A stretch of 64,000 nucleotides of DNA from Candidatus Aenigmarchaeota archaeon LH_S7 (GTDB lineage: Archaea > Aenigmatarchaeota > Aenigmatarchaeia > QMZS01). This document shows, piece by piece, positions 46,782-55,702 of this stretch (within the stretch, counting starts at the first letter, position 1; each line of letters opens with the position of its first letter). A model generated the notes under the pieces. The model was not told where the DNA came from, did no database searches, and saw nothing but the letters and a program-made list of their open reading frames with translations. The stretch lies in the NCBI GenBank assembly GCA_023659895.1, contig JAGXOL010000001.1:15757-79756 (forward strand). Direction: 5' to 3'. The position numbers and the translations under genes were made by a program.

Positions 46782-48899
46782 TCAAAATTCCCCCAACTTT
46801 TTCTGCTTTTTATTTTCTAAAATGTTTTTTGAAGTTGCCCATTTTAACCTCACAATTTCATTGTAACTTTCTTTATCTAAATTCCTCAAAAATTCTGTGG
46901 TTCTTTCATCACTAGGATAACCTGAATTATGCAATAAAATACCAGAAAAGCCACCAACAAAATTCTCTATATTTTTTCCGTTTGGCTTTACTTCTAAATC
47001 ATAAACAAATTCTTTTCTTCTTAAATTTTTTATTGATTTCAGAGTATACCAACAAATATCAGAATTTAATAATTTATTTATTTTTTTGGTATCTTTACCA
47101 TCAAATATTTTTATTATCTTTCTTATAGTGGATTTTCTTATAGAACCAGATTTTTGATTCTCGATTCTACTTGTTATTCCATGATCTATACAAGTTAACT
47201 CAGCCAATTTTCTTTGGGAGATTTTATATTTTAATCTCAACTTTTTTATTGTTTTTCCTATTATCGAAGGAATATTATCTGGAGAAAGAGAATTCGTATT
47301 TTGAGAAAGCTCTCTTATTACATGCCTACCTCTACTTTGCTTAAAAGAAGAAGTAGGTTTATTTAAAAATAAATATAACCAAGATAAATCATAAAATATA
47401 TATTTGCTCCTGGTTTCTACTTCCCAATTGTTTTCATCCATATATCCATCACCATCCAGGTATCCTCTAATGAAATTTTTAATTTGTTCTTTAGAGCAGG
47501 AAAAAATAAAGTTTGGTATTCTTTTTTTGTATGCTGAATTTCCTACCCATTTATTAAAAAGTTTACATAGTATCCCTGAATTAATTTCAATACCATCTTT
47601 ATCAAATCTATAAGATGTGTTCAAATTCTTGCATGTATATTCAATTTCATTTAATACTTTATGGTCAGTGTTAGAAATACATACATTATAACCCTTTGTA
47701 TATCCCTCAGCAAGATACAACCCTAAGAGCCAAGTAAATTCTTTGTTTAGTCCTAAGATCGCTTTTATACTTGACTTTCTACCCCTACTATAAAGTATTG
47801 CATCATTTATAAATCTTTCCTTAAGGTAATCTCTCTTGAGACTAGTCACTATGTGAAGAGGTATATACGATTTCCTCTCCCATTCGTAGGATCTTACTCT
47901 ACTGTAACCTTGGGAAATACTTAGTTGCTGAATTTTTTTAAATCCCTCTCCCCTAAAAATTTTAGAGATGATCTTTCCGCTTAAATAAACAGGAGATTTC
48001 TTAGATGATGGAACAATTTTGGCAAGGTTTAAATTTTTAATACCTTTCCTTATATCTATATATTTGGCTGCTGCAATATAATCTCCAACCTTAAGATCCG
48101 AAACTTTAATGGGCATCAAATTTAAATTAGAGTTTAATTTAAAAATAGGATGGTTAAGAGTTAATCTAACTTTTTTCCCATAATTTAATTTAATTTCATA
48201 AATTGGTTGCGATGTATGTTTAATAAAGTTTGTAATTTTATATTTTTTTATTTTAAGTGAGTTTGGATCAATACTGTATGTATATAAATTCCCTTTTTCT
48301 TTATTTTCCACTACTTTTCCAATCTGCTCTAATTTTCTATCCCCTTTTCTATTTTCAATTAATATTCTCTCTTGGTATGGTAAAGATCCAAAAAATCCAT
48401 GTTTATTATGTAGCTTCTCAATCTCCCTGTCTCTTGTGACCTTTGCCAGAATGGAAGCTCCTCCAACAACAACGTACTTGTTATCTGCCTCATTCTCAGC
48501 AACAATATTTCCATCCTTGTTTTTCAATTTTTCCAAGACTTTATTCTTGAATTTCTCAGTATTGGCTTCAATAGAATCAAGATAAATTTTAGGTTTTCTC
48601 ATCCAAAAGGAATTGATTATTTGAGCGATCTTAGTAATCTCAATTTCGTTAAGATTTCTTCTTTCCATTTCTCTATTGAGTTGCTTTGATGAAATTTTTA
48701 ATACAATGTAATCATCAGCAATTTTTTTTATCTTATCTATCATTTCCTTTCTTTTCTCTGGTAAGACTTTCTTTGAGTCTTTAACACCAAGTTCTTTCAA
48801 TTTTTTTTCTTTTGATTTTTTAATCAATAAACCTGCAATAACTAGAGGACCTACAACTGCACCGCGACCAGCTTCATCAATTCCCAAAATGTAAGACAT
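46782..48899 (-). CDS. rnhB: ribonuclease HII interrupted by an about 487-aa LAGLIDADG intein
   Basis: N-extein GIDEAGRGAVVGPLVIAG...GGASILAK...HGFFG and C-extein SGYPSDERTTEF flank an insert ending ...ILLHN|S with LLGLYLAEGY and IRGYLDGDGY motifs. Confidence 0.8.
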   Translation of the reverse strand: MSYILGIDEAGRGAVVGPLVIAGLLIKKSKEKKLKELGVKDSKKVLPEKRKEMIDKIKKIADDYIVLKISSKQLNREMERRNLNEIEITKIAQIINSFWMRKPKIYLDSIEANTEKFKNKVLEKLKNKDGNIVAENEADNKYVVVGGASILAKVTRDREIEKLHNKHGFFGSLPYQERILIENRKGDRKLEQIGKVVENKEKGNLYTYSIDPNSLKIKKYKITNFIKHTSQPIYEIKLNYGKKVRLTLNHPIFKLNSNLNLMPIKVSDLKVGDYIAAAKYIDIRKGIKNLNLAKIVPSSKKSPVYLSGKIISKIFRGEGFKKIQQLSISQGYSRVRSYEWERKSYIPLHIVTSLKRDYLKERFINDAILYSRGRKSSIKAILGLNKEFTWLLGLYLAEGYTKGYNVCISNTDHKVLNEIEYTCKNLNTSYRFDKDGIEINSGILCKLFNKWVGNSAYKKRIPNFIFSCSKEQIKNFIRGYLDGDGYMDENNWEVETRSKYIFYDLSWLYLFLNKPTSSFKQSRGRHVIRELSQNTNSLSPDNIPSIIGKTIKKLRLKYKISQRKLAELTCIDHGITSRIENQKSGSIRKSTIRKIIKIFDGKDTKKINKLLNSDICWYTLKSIKNLRRKEFVYDLEVKPNGKNIENFVGGFSGILLHNSGYPSDERTTEFLRNLDKESYNEIVRLKWATSKNILENKKQKKLGEF
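46926..48386 (-). other. intein (Hint domain + LAGLIDADG homing endonuclease + HTH) within rnhB
   Basis: Begins Ser (SLPYQERIL), block B TLNHPIF, ends HN followed by +1 Ser; two LAGLIDADG blocks. Confidence 0.7.
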
Positions 48900-49118
48900 A
48901 AAATAATAAAGAAATTAAGCAAAAAGATTTTACAATACTTAAAGTATTTTTGAATATTATTTTAAGACCTTTAAGATACCTACTAGATTGTGGTCTTGCA
49001 AAAATTATAAATCTAGTGGTTATATTTATAGGTTGATTATATCTACAAATTTAAATTATTACTCCATAATTCAATAAAGGTCTATACATATTATTAATAT
49101 TTTAATCGGTTTTTTTAT

Positions 49119-49348
49119 GGCGGGAGCTGGTCCATAGCGAACTTGCTTTTTAAGTATTAGTAAGTCTGTAAGGATGGAGCAGTTAGGAGTGCTCGTCGAA
49201 CCCTTTTCTCCCTATCGCTCTAAAAGCGTTCACGGAAAAAAAGAGAAATAGGTGCGGAAGGCTCATAAGGACCTTTTTAGAAAGAGGTTCTATCCAAAAT
49301 GCATTTGGGAGACCCGAAGGTCGGTGGTTCAAATCCACCTCCCGCTAT
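49119..49348 (+). tRNA. tRNA gene with about 150 nt of intervening sequence; identity unresolved (tentative anticodon arm GAACC-CTTTT...GGTTC would be Lys-UUU)
   Basis: 3' end GGTGG-TTCAAAT-CCACC-TCCCGCT-A pairs with GGCGGGA at 49119; internal D-arm-like GAGC-AGTTAGGAGT-GCTC at 49177-49194; several extra hairpins. Confidence 0.45.
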
Positions 49349-49377
49349 TATTACTAAAATTTTAATCAATCTGATTT

Positions 49378-49683
49378 ATGAGTGAAGGATATGAGGGAGA
49401 CATTAAACCTAAAGGACCTACATATACTGAAGATTATCATGTAAATGATAGTCATATAGGTGAGAATGTAACTTTAGAAGATATAAGAATTAAGATATTT
49501 CCAGGAACAGACCGTATTAGACTTGAAGAATTTCCTGAAGAAGATTCAGATTTAAAAGAATATGTTTTAACTTGTTTATCTGAAAAAGATAAAGAGTTGG
49601 CTATAGAGATAATTCATGGCAGATATGATGAAATATATGGTGTATTAGGAAAATTATCTAAAAGAACTATTCCTAATTTTTAA
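49378..49683 (+). CDS. hypothetical protein
   Basis: 101 aa acidic ORF. Confidence 0.3.
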   Translation: MSEGYEGDIKPKGPTYTEDYHVNDSHIGENVTLEDIRIKIFPGTDRIRLEEFPEEDSDLKEYVLTCLSEKDKELAIEIIHGRYDEIYGVLGKLSKRTIPNF

Positions 49684-49692
49684 AATAAAATT

Positions 49693-50004
49693 ATGGCAAC
49701 AGAATTCAAGATAGAACCCGCAGTAAAAAGGAAAGTAAAGGATCTCAACCCCAACTTAGATTCAAGAGTTTCTTTAATTGGAAGAGTTATTGATTTGAAA
49801 GAAAATCTACTTGTTTTGGATGATGGAACAGGAAAAATCAATATTTCCTTCTCTGAGGACACACCAAAACCAGAATTGAAACAGGAACAAGTAGCAAGGG
49901 TTTTCGGATTTATTATTCCTTCAGACCCTGTGGAAGTTCAAGCAGAAATAATCCAAGACATGAGCAAGCTAAAACTAAAATATCTTGATATCTTGAGAAC
50001 TTAA
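49693..50004 (+). CDS. OB-fold nucleic-acid-binding-like small protein
   Basis: RVSLIGRVIDLKENLLVLDDGTGKINISF pattern typical of OB-fold anticodon-binding/RPA-like domains. Confidence 0.4.
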   Translation: MATEFKIEPAVKRKVKDLNPNLDSRVSLIGRVIDLKENLLVLDDGTGKINISFSEDTPKPELKQEQVARVFGFIIPSDPVEVQAEIIQDMSKLKLKYLDILRT

Positions 50005-50276
50005 TACATATTTAATTCAAATATTCTTTTTTTAACCATATTATTCATCGTTGTCCTGCTTTTAGCCCTATTAATCCTGTTAGCTAATACAGGATCACCC
50101 ACAGCTTGCTTTATCCAATCAGCAAAATCATTTTTTTCCCTGCTAACATGGTGAAAAAAAGTCTCAAAAGGAATTTCTTTTATTATTTGTGCAAGCTCCT
50201 CCAGATTTCTAATAACTCTACCATCCTTACACAAAAACTCCTTTCCATTTTCAACATCCTTTAGAAATTCACTCAT
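50001..50276 (-). CDS. hypothetical protein
   Basis: 91 aa ORF. Confidence 0.3.
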   Translation of the reverse strand: MSEFLKDVENGKEFLCKDGRVIRNLEELAQIIKEIPFETFFHHVSREKNDFADWIKQAVGDPVLANRINRAKSRTTMNNMVKKRIFELNMY

Positions 50277-50312
50277 AATATATTTACCCTATATATATAG
50301 AAATAAATAATT

Positions 50313-51092
50313 ATGGTAGAGAAAAATATTTCTAACCAAAACTTAAGGAAGATTGCCATAGTATCAGGTAAGGGGGGAATAGGAAAAACAACTTTGGCTA
50401 TCAATTTAGGATACTTGTTTAACAAGAAATTCAACCAAGATACAGTTCTTGTGGATGGAAATTTAACAACACCTCACATAAGCACAAATTTAGGTATGTA
50501 TAATTATAATTCAACTTTGAATCATATTTTAAAGGATAAAGCAAAACCTGAAGAAGCAGTTTTTGAACATCCTTTAGGCATCAAGGTATTGCCTGCTTCT
50601 CTTGAGACAGAAGACTTAAAAAACGTTGATATAATGAGATTACCTAGTAAGTTAAATGAATTAAAATCAAATGTTTTAATTGATAGTGCCCCTGGTTTGG
50701 GTAGAGAAGGTGTTGCAGCAATTTCCTCTGCTGATGATATCTTGTTTGTTACCCAACCTTTTTCAAATGCAGTTATAGATATTTATCGTGCAAAGAAGGT
50801 TGCGGAAAAATTAAACAAAAATATTTTGGGAATAGTGGTTAATGCAAAAAAAGATTTAAAACACGAACTAACAAACAATGAGATAGAACAATTAACAGAA
50901 GTGCCTGTAATAATAACAATACCTTATGATGTAGAAATAGAAAAATCATTAACTGCAAAACTTCCTTTGGAAGCATTTAATTCTAGGACAAAAACAAATA
51001 AGAATCTTAATTCTTTAGCATCTAAAATAACAGGATTTGAATTGGAAGAAAAAGGATTCTTTAACAAGTTAAAAAATTTCTTCAGAAGATAA
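50313..51092 (+). CDS. MinD/ParA-type P-loop ATPase
   Basis: Deviant Walker A GKGGIGKTT. Confidence 0.75.
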   Translation: MVEKNISNQNLRKIAIVSGKGGIGKTTLAINLGYLFNKKFNQDTVLVDGNLTTPHISTNLGMYNYNSTLNHILKDKAKPEEAVFEHPLGIKVLPASLETEDLKNVDIMRLPSKLNELKSNVLIDSAPGLGREGVAAISSADDILFVTQPFSNAVIDIYRAKKVAEKLNKNILGIVVNAKKDLKHELTNNEIEQLTEVPVIITIPYDVEIEKSLTAKLPLEAFNSRTKTNKNLNSLASKITGFELEEKGFFNKLKNFFRR

Positions 51093-51127
51093 ATAAGTTT
51101 CTAAAGTAAGAAATTATGCGTTGGTGG

Positions 51128-51227
51128 TCTAGATCTTAACAATTTATTGTTTAGAGGACAATGGCATGATACAGCCCTGCCACGGCTGTGACCCGGGTTC
51201 GAATCCCGGCCAACGCAGAACAATTTT
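51128..51227 (+). tRNA. tRNA-Gly(GCC) with about 28 nt of insertion(s) between D-stem 5' strand and anticodon stem (51141-51181 region)
   Basis: GCGTTGG-TG-GTCT...CAGCC-CTGCCAC-GGCTG-TGAC-CCGGG-TTCGAAT-CCCGG-CCAACGC-A; D region is 41 nt instead of about 13. Confidence 0.65.
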
Positions 51228-51309
51228 TTAGGAAAAATTTTCCATCGAAGAGTCCTATGATTAAAAATAAATAAATGACTTCCCTAAATCTATTATTTAT
51301 TAGTTATAT

Positions 51310-51574
51310 GGGGTTGTGGTGTAACCTGGCAGCACTGCTGGCTCCAGTGGAATCTTTTTCTTTAAAAAAGAAAAACCTTCCAGTCAAAAAGAAATAGATT
51401 CCCTTCAGTCAAAAAGAAAATGGAGTTATGACGCTTCGCGGATGAATGAAGAAACCAGCCAATCCCGGTTCAAATGGAACTTTTAGAAAAAGTTCCATCA
51501 AAACAAGCTTTTAAAAAAGCTTGAGCAAAAAAGGAACCTTTTCTAAAAAGATTCTGAAAATCCGGGCAACCCCA
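51310..51574 (+). tRNA. tRNA-Trp(CCA) with two introns: canonical 37/38 (51348-51453, 106 nt) and T-loop (about 51476-51561, 86 nt)
   Basis: Exons GGGGTTG-TG-GTGT-AACCTGGCA-GCAC-T-GCTGG-CTCCAG | A-CCAGC-CAAT-CCCGG-TTCAAAT | CCGGG-CAACCCC-A give a 73-nt cloverleaf. Confidence 0.7.
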
Positions 51575-51682
51575 GGAGATTTTTGGAGCTTCCACTTCCA
51601 TAAAAACCTCCAGCCAAAACCTGATTAATAGGAAAGGTTGCATCCAGAAAAAGAAACATATTTTTAATATTATAATTATATT

Positions 51683-52441
51683 ATGGTCAATACAAGAATC
51701 ATAGGAATTTTATCTGGTAAGGGTGGGGTAGGGAAAACCACTTTGGCTTTGAATCTTGGAGCTGCTTTAACTGATTTTGGAAAGAATGTTCTAATAGTTG
51801 ATGGAAACCTGACAACACCAAATTTAGGAATACACGCTGGAATACCTCTTTATCCTACATCTATGCATGATGTTTTGAAAGGCAACGTAGACATTTATGA
51901 TGTGATGCATATAATGTATAATGGTTTGAAAATAGTCCCAGCATCAATAAACCTGAATGACTTGAAAGGGGTAGATCCTGACATGTTATCCACAAGCTTT
52001 ATTGATTTGGCAGGAAAAATAGACTTTTTGTTGATTGATGGAGCACCAGGATTAGGAAGCGAGGCTTTATCAATTTTCAAGGCATCACACGAAGTACTGG
52101 GTATTTCAACACCAGAATTACCAGCTTTAACAGATTTACTGAAATCTGTAAGACTTGCAAAAGATCATCAAAAGGAATATGTAGGGAGCGTGGTTAATAT
52201 GGTAACTAAAAAGAAGTATGAGCCTAACAGGGAACAAATAGAATCTTTCTTAGAAGGAGTTCCTATATTAGAATTAGTGCCTCATGATCATCATGTAAGA
52301 CACGCTTTGTCAAAAAGAGTCCCTGTAATATATCATAAACCAAATGCGAAGTCTTCCCTGAAAATCAAAAGTGTAGCAGCCCAATTAGCAGGCAAAGAAT
52401 ACAAAATACCTTGGCACAAAAAAATATTTAACAGAATTTAA
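51683..52441 (+). CDS. MinD/ParA-type P-loop ATPase (paralog)
   Basis: GKGGVGKTT deviant Walker A; similar length to 50313-51092. Confidence 0.75.
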   Translation: MVNTRIIGILSGKGGVGKTTLALNLGAALTDFGKNVLIVDGNLTTPNLGIHAGIPLYPTSMHDVLKGNVDIYDVMHIMYNGLKIVPASINLNDLKGVDPDMLSTSFIDLAGKIDFLLIDGAPGLGSEALSIFKASHEVLGISTPELPALTDLLKSVRLAKDHQKEYVGSVVNMVTKKKYEPNREQIESFLEGVPILELVPHDHHVRHALSKRVPVIYHKPNAKSSLKIKSVAAQLAGKEYKIPWHKKIFNRI

Positions 52442-52993
52442 TTACTTTAATTTTACTTCACTTTTCCTTATTTCAACTGTACTAATTGGATATATTGCGT
52501 TTAAACTCTTCTTTAAATCACGTTGTAGGTTATCAGAAATAATATCTTGAACTATTTTATCCAAAGTATTTTCTCTTATATAAAGTTCCAAAAATCTTTT
52601 TACCTCTCTCCTAATATTTCTAGAAACACTTGTTTTAACATTCATAGTTGTGATTATTAATGGTTTTAAAACCAAAATGAAATCACTTTTGGTTTTTCCT
52701 TTGATATACAAATCTATTCTTGTGGAGAATTTTCTAACACTTTTTGAGATGAAAGCTCTCGAAATCTCATGACCTTTAAAAGAAGTTACAAGTTTATCAT
52801 CCTTTAAGTCTTCTATCTTGAAATCAAACTTGTAATAATATTTTTGGCTTCTTTCCCATATATCTTTCGCATAAACAGTGAACTTTCTTCCAATTATGTT
52901 TTTAGATTTTTCAGCAAAAGTTTTACCTACAGCTTTCTCTCCAAATAATTTAGGGGTTTTTATCTCAAATTCCTGTTTAGGCTTTCCCTTCAT
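52442..52993 (-). CDS. rps3ae: ribosomal protein S3Ae (eS1)
   Basis: 183 aa; C-terminal ...LKKSLNAIYPISTVEIRKSEVKLK matches eS1 tail. Confidence 0.75.
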   Translation of the reverse strand: MKGKPKQEFEIKTPKLFGEKAVGKTFAEKSKNIIGRKFTVYAKDIWERSQKYYYKFDFKIEDLKDDKLVTSFKGHEISRAFISKSVRKFSTRIDLYIKGKTKSDFILVLKPLIITTMNVKTSVSRNIRREVKRFLELYIRENTLDKIVQDIISDNLQRDLKKSLNAIYPISTVEIRKSEVKLK

Positions 52994-53049
52994 TTATATA
53001 GATAATTAAAAAATTAATAGTTTTAGTCTGATATTTAATGTAAATATAA

Positions 53050-53817
53050 TTGTTTATGAACGATGAAATATACGTGCTGAAGATAGGAGGTAGTGTAGTA
53101 ACTGAGAAAGGGAAAGAGAAAACAGCACGAAGAGAAGTGATAAAACGAATAACAAAAGAAATTGCTCTCGCACTCTCAGCTCGAAAAAATCTTATCCTGA
53201 TACACGGTGCCGGGTCTTATGGGCATCCGCAAGCAAAGATATACCAGAAAACTGGAAAAGTTAAGGATGCTTTGGTCACTCACGAATCTGTGAAAGAGCT
53301 AAATAGGTTGATAGTATTATCCATGATGGAACTTGAACTGAAAGCAGTACCCATACATCCTTTATCTGGGGTTGTGTCTAAAGAAGGGAAAATAAAGTAT
53401 AAAATAAAGGAGCAACTACAATTGGCATTAAAGGCTGGAATAATTCCAGTTTTGCATGGAGATACTATTTTGGACAAAAAAGGGGTTTTCCATATATTAA
53501 GTGGTGACCAGCTGGTGACATATGCCGCAAGAGAGTTCAAAGCGAAAAAGGTTGGAATAGGTACTGATGTGGATGGTGTTTTAAGCGATACTGGAGAAGT
53601 GATAAAAAAAGTAACGCCTGTTGAGACAGATACGATCAGTATAAAAGGGTCTAAGTATGTAGATGTAACTGGTGGAATGAAAAAGAAGGTTTACCTATTA
53701 AAAAAGCTCGCATCTGAGAATAGCATTCCTTCTGTTCTTTTTAACGCATTGAAAGAATCGAATGTTTATAAATTCTTAACTGAGGATAAAGACTTGTTCG
53801 GCACAGTGATTCTTTAA
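53050..53817 (+). CDS. isopentenyl phosphate kinase (amino-acid-kinase fold)
   Basis: LKIGGSVVTEKG and LILIHGAGSYGH motifs. Confidence 0.7.
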   Translation: MFMNDEIYVLKIGGSVVTEKGKEKTARREVIKRITKEIALALSARKNLILIHGAGSYGHPQAKIYQKTGKVKDALVTHESVKELNRLIVLSMMELELKAVPIHPLSGVVSKEGKIKYKIKEQLQLALKAGIIPVLHGDTILDKKGVFHILSGDQLVTYAAREFKAKKVGIGTDVDGVLSDTGEVIKKVTPVETDTISIKGSKYVDVTGGMKKKVYLLKKLASENSIPSVLFNALKESNVYKFLTEDKDLFGTVIL

Positions 53818-53847
53818 AAACCTGATACTTTCTTTAAGAAGTGATCT

Positions 53848-54012
53848 TTAGATCTTATACTTGCTCCTTCTCCAATGCTTTGTGTCAGATCTTATTCTCC
53901 TAGTCCTAGCTCTCTTTAAACCAAATTTCTTTATATCAGCCCATCTTGGAGCTGGCCTTTTTGAAACTGATATTAGTTTTAGTTTCTTCCATAAACCTTC
54001 CTTTTTACCCAT
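53848..54012 (-). CDS. rpl39e: ribosomal protein L39e (not in ORF track, 54 aa)
   Basis: MGKKEGLWKKLKLISVSKRPAPRWADIKKFGLKRARTRRIRSDTKHWRRSKYKI shows eL39 hallmarks (KKLRL..K, PxW, HWRR.K.K). Confidence 0.6.
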   Translation of the reverse strand: MGKKEGLWKKLKLISVSKRPAPRWADIKKFGLKRARTRRIRSDTKHWRRSKYKI

Positions 54013-54069
54013 AAAAGGTTTTTCCTTTGAAATAATTTAAAGTCTTTAATCAAAAAAATAAATTAAGAT

Positions 54070-54423
54070 ATGAAGGAAATAAAGATTAAATTAAGAAAAT
54101 TGGAAATAACCGCTTTACATATGAAAGATTGGGAAATTTACCGTGGCTTGATGTTGAGGAAACGAGGCCACGCTTTATTAGAATTCTCAGAGAACAAAAA
54201 ACACAAAATCTGGACTCTTTTCATGCTTTACCCCTTGGATTTGATTTTCATAAACAAGAACAGGGAAGTGGTAGATATAACAGAGAATGCTCCACCAGTT
54301 AATCTGAACCCTCAAACTTGGAAACTCTACACCTCAAAAAACAAGTTCAAGTATTTACTTGAACTAGATAGCAGAGATCAACTAGGAGTGTTCTTTAGAA
54401 TTGGTGATGTTTTGGAATGGTGA
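54070..54423 (+). CDS. hypothetical protein
   Basis: 117 aa ORF. Confidence 0.3.
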   Translation: MKEIKIKLRKLEITALHMKDWEIYRGLMLRKRGHALLEFSENKKHKIWTLFMLYPLDLIFINKNREVVDITENAPPVNLNPQTWKLYTSKNKFKYLLELDSRDQLGVFFRIGDVLEW

Positions 54424-54562
54424 GTTTAAATTTAAATTTAGCTTGTATGTTCTAATGCTGCTTCTCTTTTATTTTCTACTTTGTAAATACCTCTTCCTAC
54501 AATAGCATGCCATTTATTACTAGCAATATTAGTAACTTTTGTTTTATATCATTTGGTTTATT

Positions 54563-55258
54563 TCACACACCCCTACCGTATTTTCTTAAATAGTCATCAA
54601 TTCTTTTTAGTTCCCCCCCAGGAATTTTTCCTTTACTTGACAAATAATCTTTTATTTCTGAAATTGTTACTATAGATTCTACCGGTATGCCTGTCTCATC
54701 CTCAAAACTTTTTCTTGCACTTTTTCCATCTGTTCCTATTTCTTGTCTGTCAACAAGAACTATTAAACCTACATATTTTAAATTATCCGCAACACTATTT
54801 AATAAATTAATTGTATTATATTTTGTACGTCCTGTGGTCATTACATCATCTAGTATAAGTACTTTAGCTCCATCTTCAATTTTATCTCCTACAATCCAAC
54901 TTTTTTGTACGTCCTTTTTATTAGCATCCCCATAATCCTTTCGCTCCTTTCTATCAAAAGCATATCTTTTGTTTATCCCAAAACTCCTTAGGGATATTGC
55001 AGTTGCTACGGATAAAGGAATTCCTTTATACGCAGGACCAAATATTATATCATACTTATTCTCCTTAAATCTATCATCTATTCTAGATGCATAAAAATAA
55101 CCTAATTTGCTAATACTATCTCCATCACCAAATTTATCTGTTTTTATAAAATATGGAGACTTTCTATTACTCCCTAATTCGAACAAGTTAGTATCATCTA
55201 TAAAAAAGGCACCTTTATACAACATTAAGTCAATAAGCTCTTCTTTGTATTTTTCCAT
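54563..55258 (-). CDS. pyrE: phosphoribosyltransferase, orotate PRTase-like
   Basis: SNRKSPYFIKTDKF (PRPP-loop region) and VLILDDVMTTGRT PRTase signature. Confidence 0.65.
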   Translation of the reverse strand: MEKYKEELIDLMLYKGAFFIDDTNLFELGSNRKSPYFIKTDKFGDGDSISKLGYFYASRIDDRFKENKYDIIFGPAYKGIPLSVATAISLRSFGINKRYAFDRKERKDYGDANKKDVQKSWIVGDKIEDGAKVLILDDVMTTGRTKYNTINLLNSVADNLKYVGLIVLVDRQEIGTDGKSARKSFEDETGIPVESIVTISEIKDYLSSKGKIPGGELKRIDDYLRKYGRGV

Positions 55259-55432
55259 ATTCCTAATATTATTTAGTCCAAAATTTATTTATTTTTAACC
55301 CAAAACAATCACAAAACAAATCTCTACTAAAATTTATCCTTACTCAAGATCTACAAGCACAAGTAGTGATGAATTGGGCAATATAAAAGTATATTATAAT
55401 GGTATTTTAAACTAGATTCTCTCAGAAATATT

Positions 55433-55699
55433 TTGAGAGAAAAGGATGTTTGTTATAGTACTTCAGGAAAGGAAACTATTTTATTTTCAGAGTATGAAGT
55501 AGATAATAGGGAATTTAATGAAGAAGATTTTAAAGAAGTTCTTGAGAATGTGTATGGAGTAAATATAAATGATTTTGGGACTACAAGCAAAGTTAATAAA
55601 TTTATTGAAGAGATGATAAATATAAAGACAAAGATAGCTGATTCAAATATAAGCAATTATAATATTGATAAAGCAGTTGAAGAAGCTTTAAAAACCTAA
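55433..55699 (+). CDS. hypothetical acidic protein
   Basis: 88 aa ORF. Confidence 0.3.
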   Translation: MREKDVCYSTSGKETILFSEYEVDNREFNEEDFKEVLENVYGVNINDFGTTSKVNKFIEEMINIKTKIADSNISNYNIDKAVEEALKT

Positions 55700-55702
55700 T
55701 TA

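Noticed and set aside
51348-51453. C/D box sRNA inside the tRNA-Trp intron
   Set aside because: Expected by analogy with other archaea, but only weak box-like strings (GGATGAATGA, CTGA) are present; not called.
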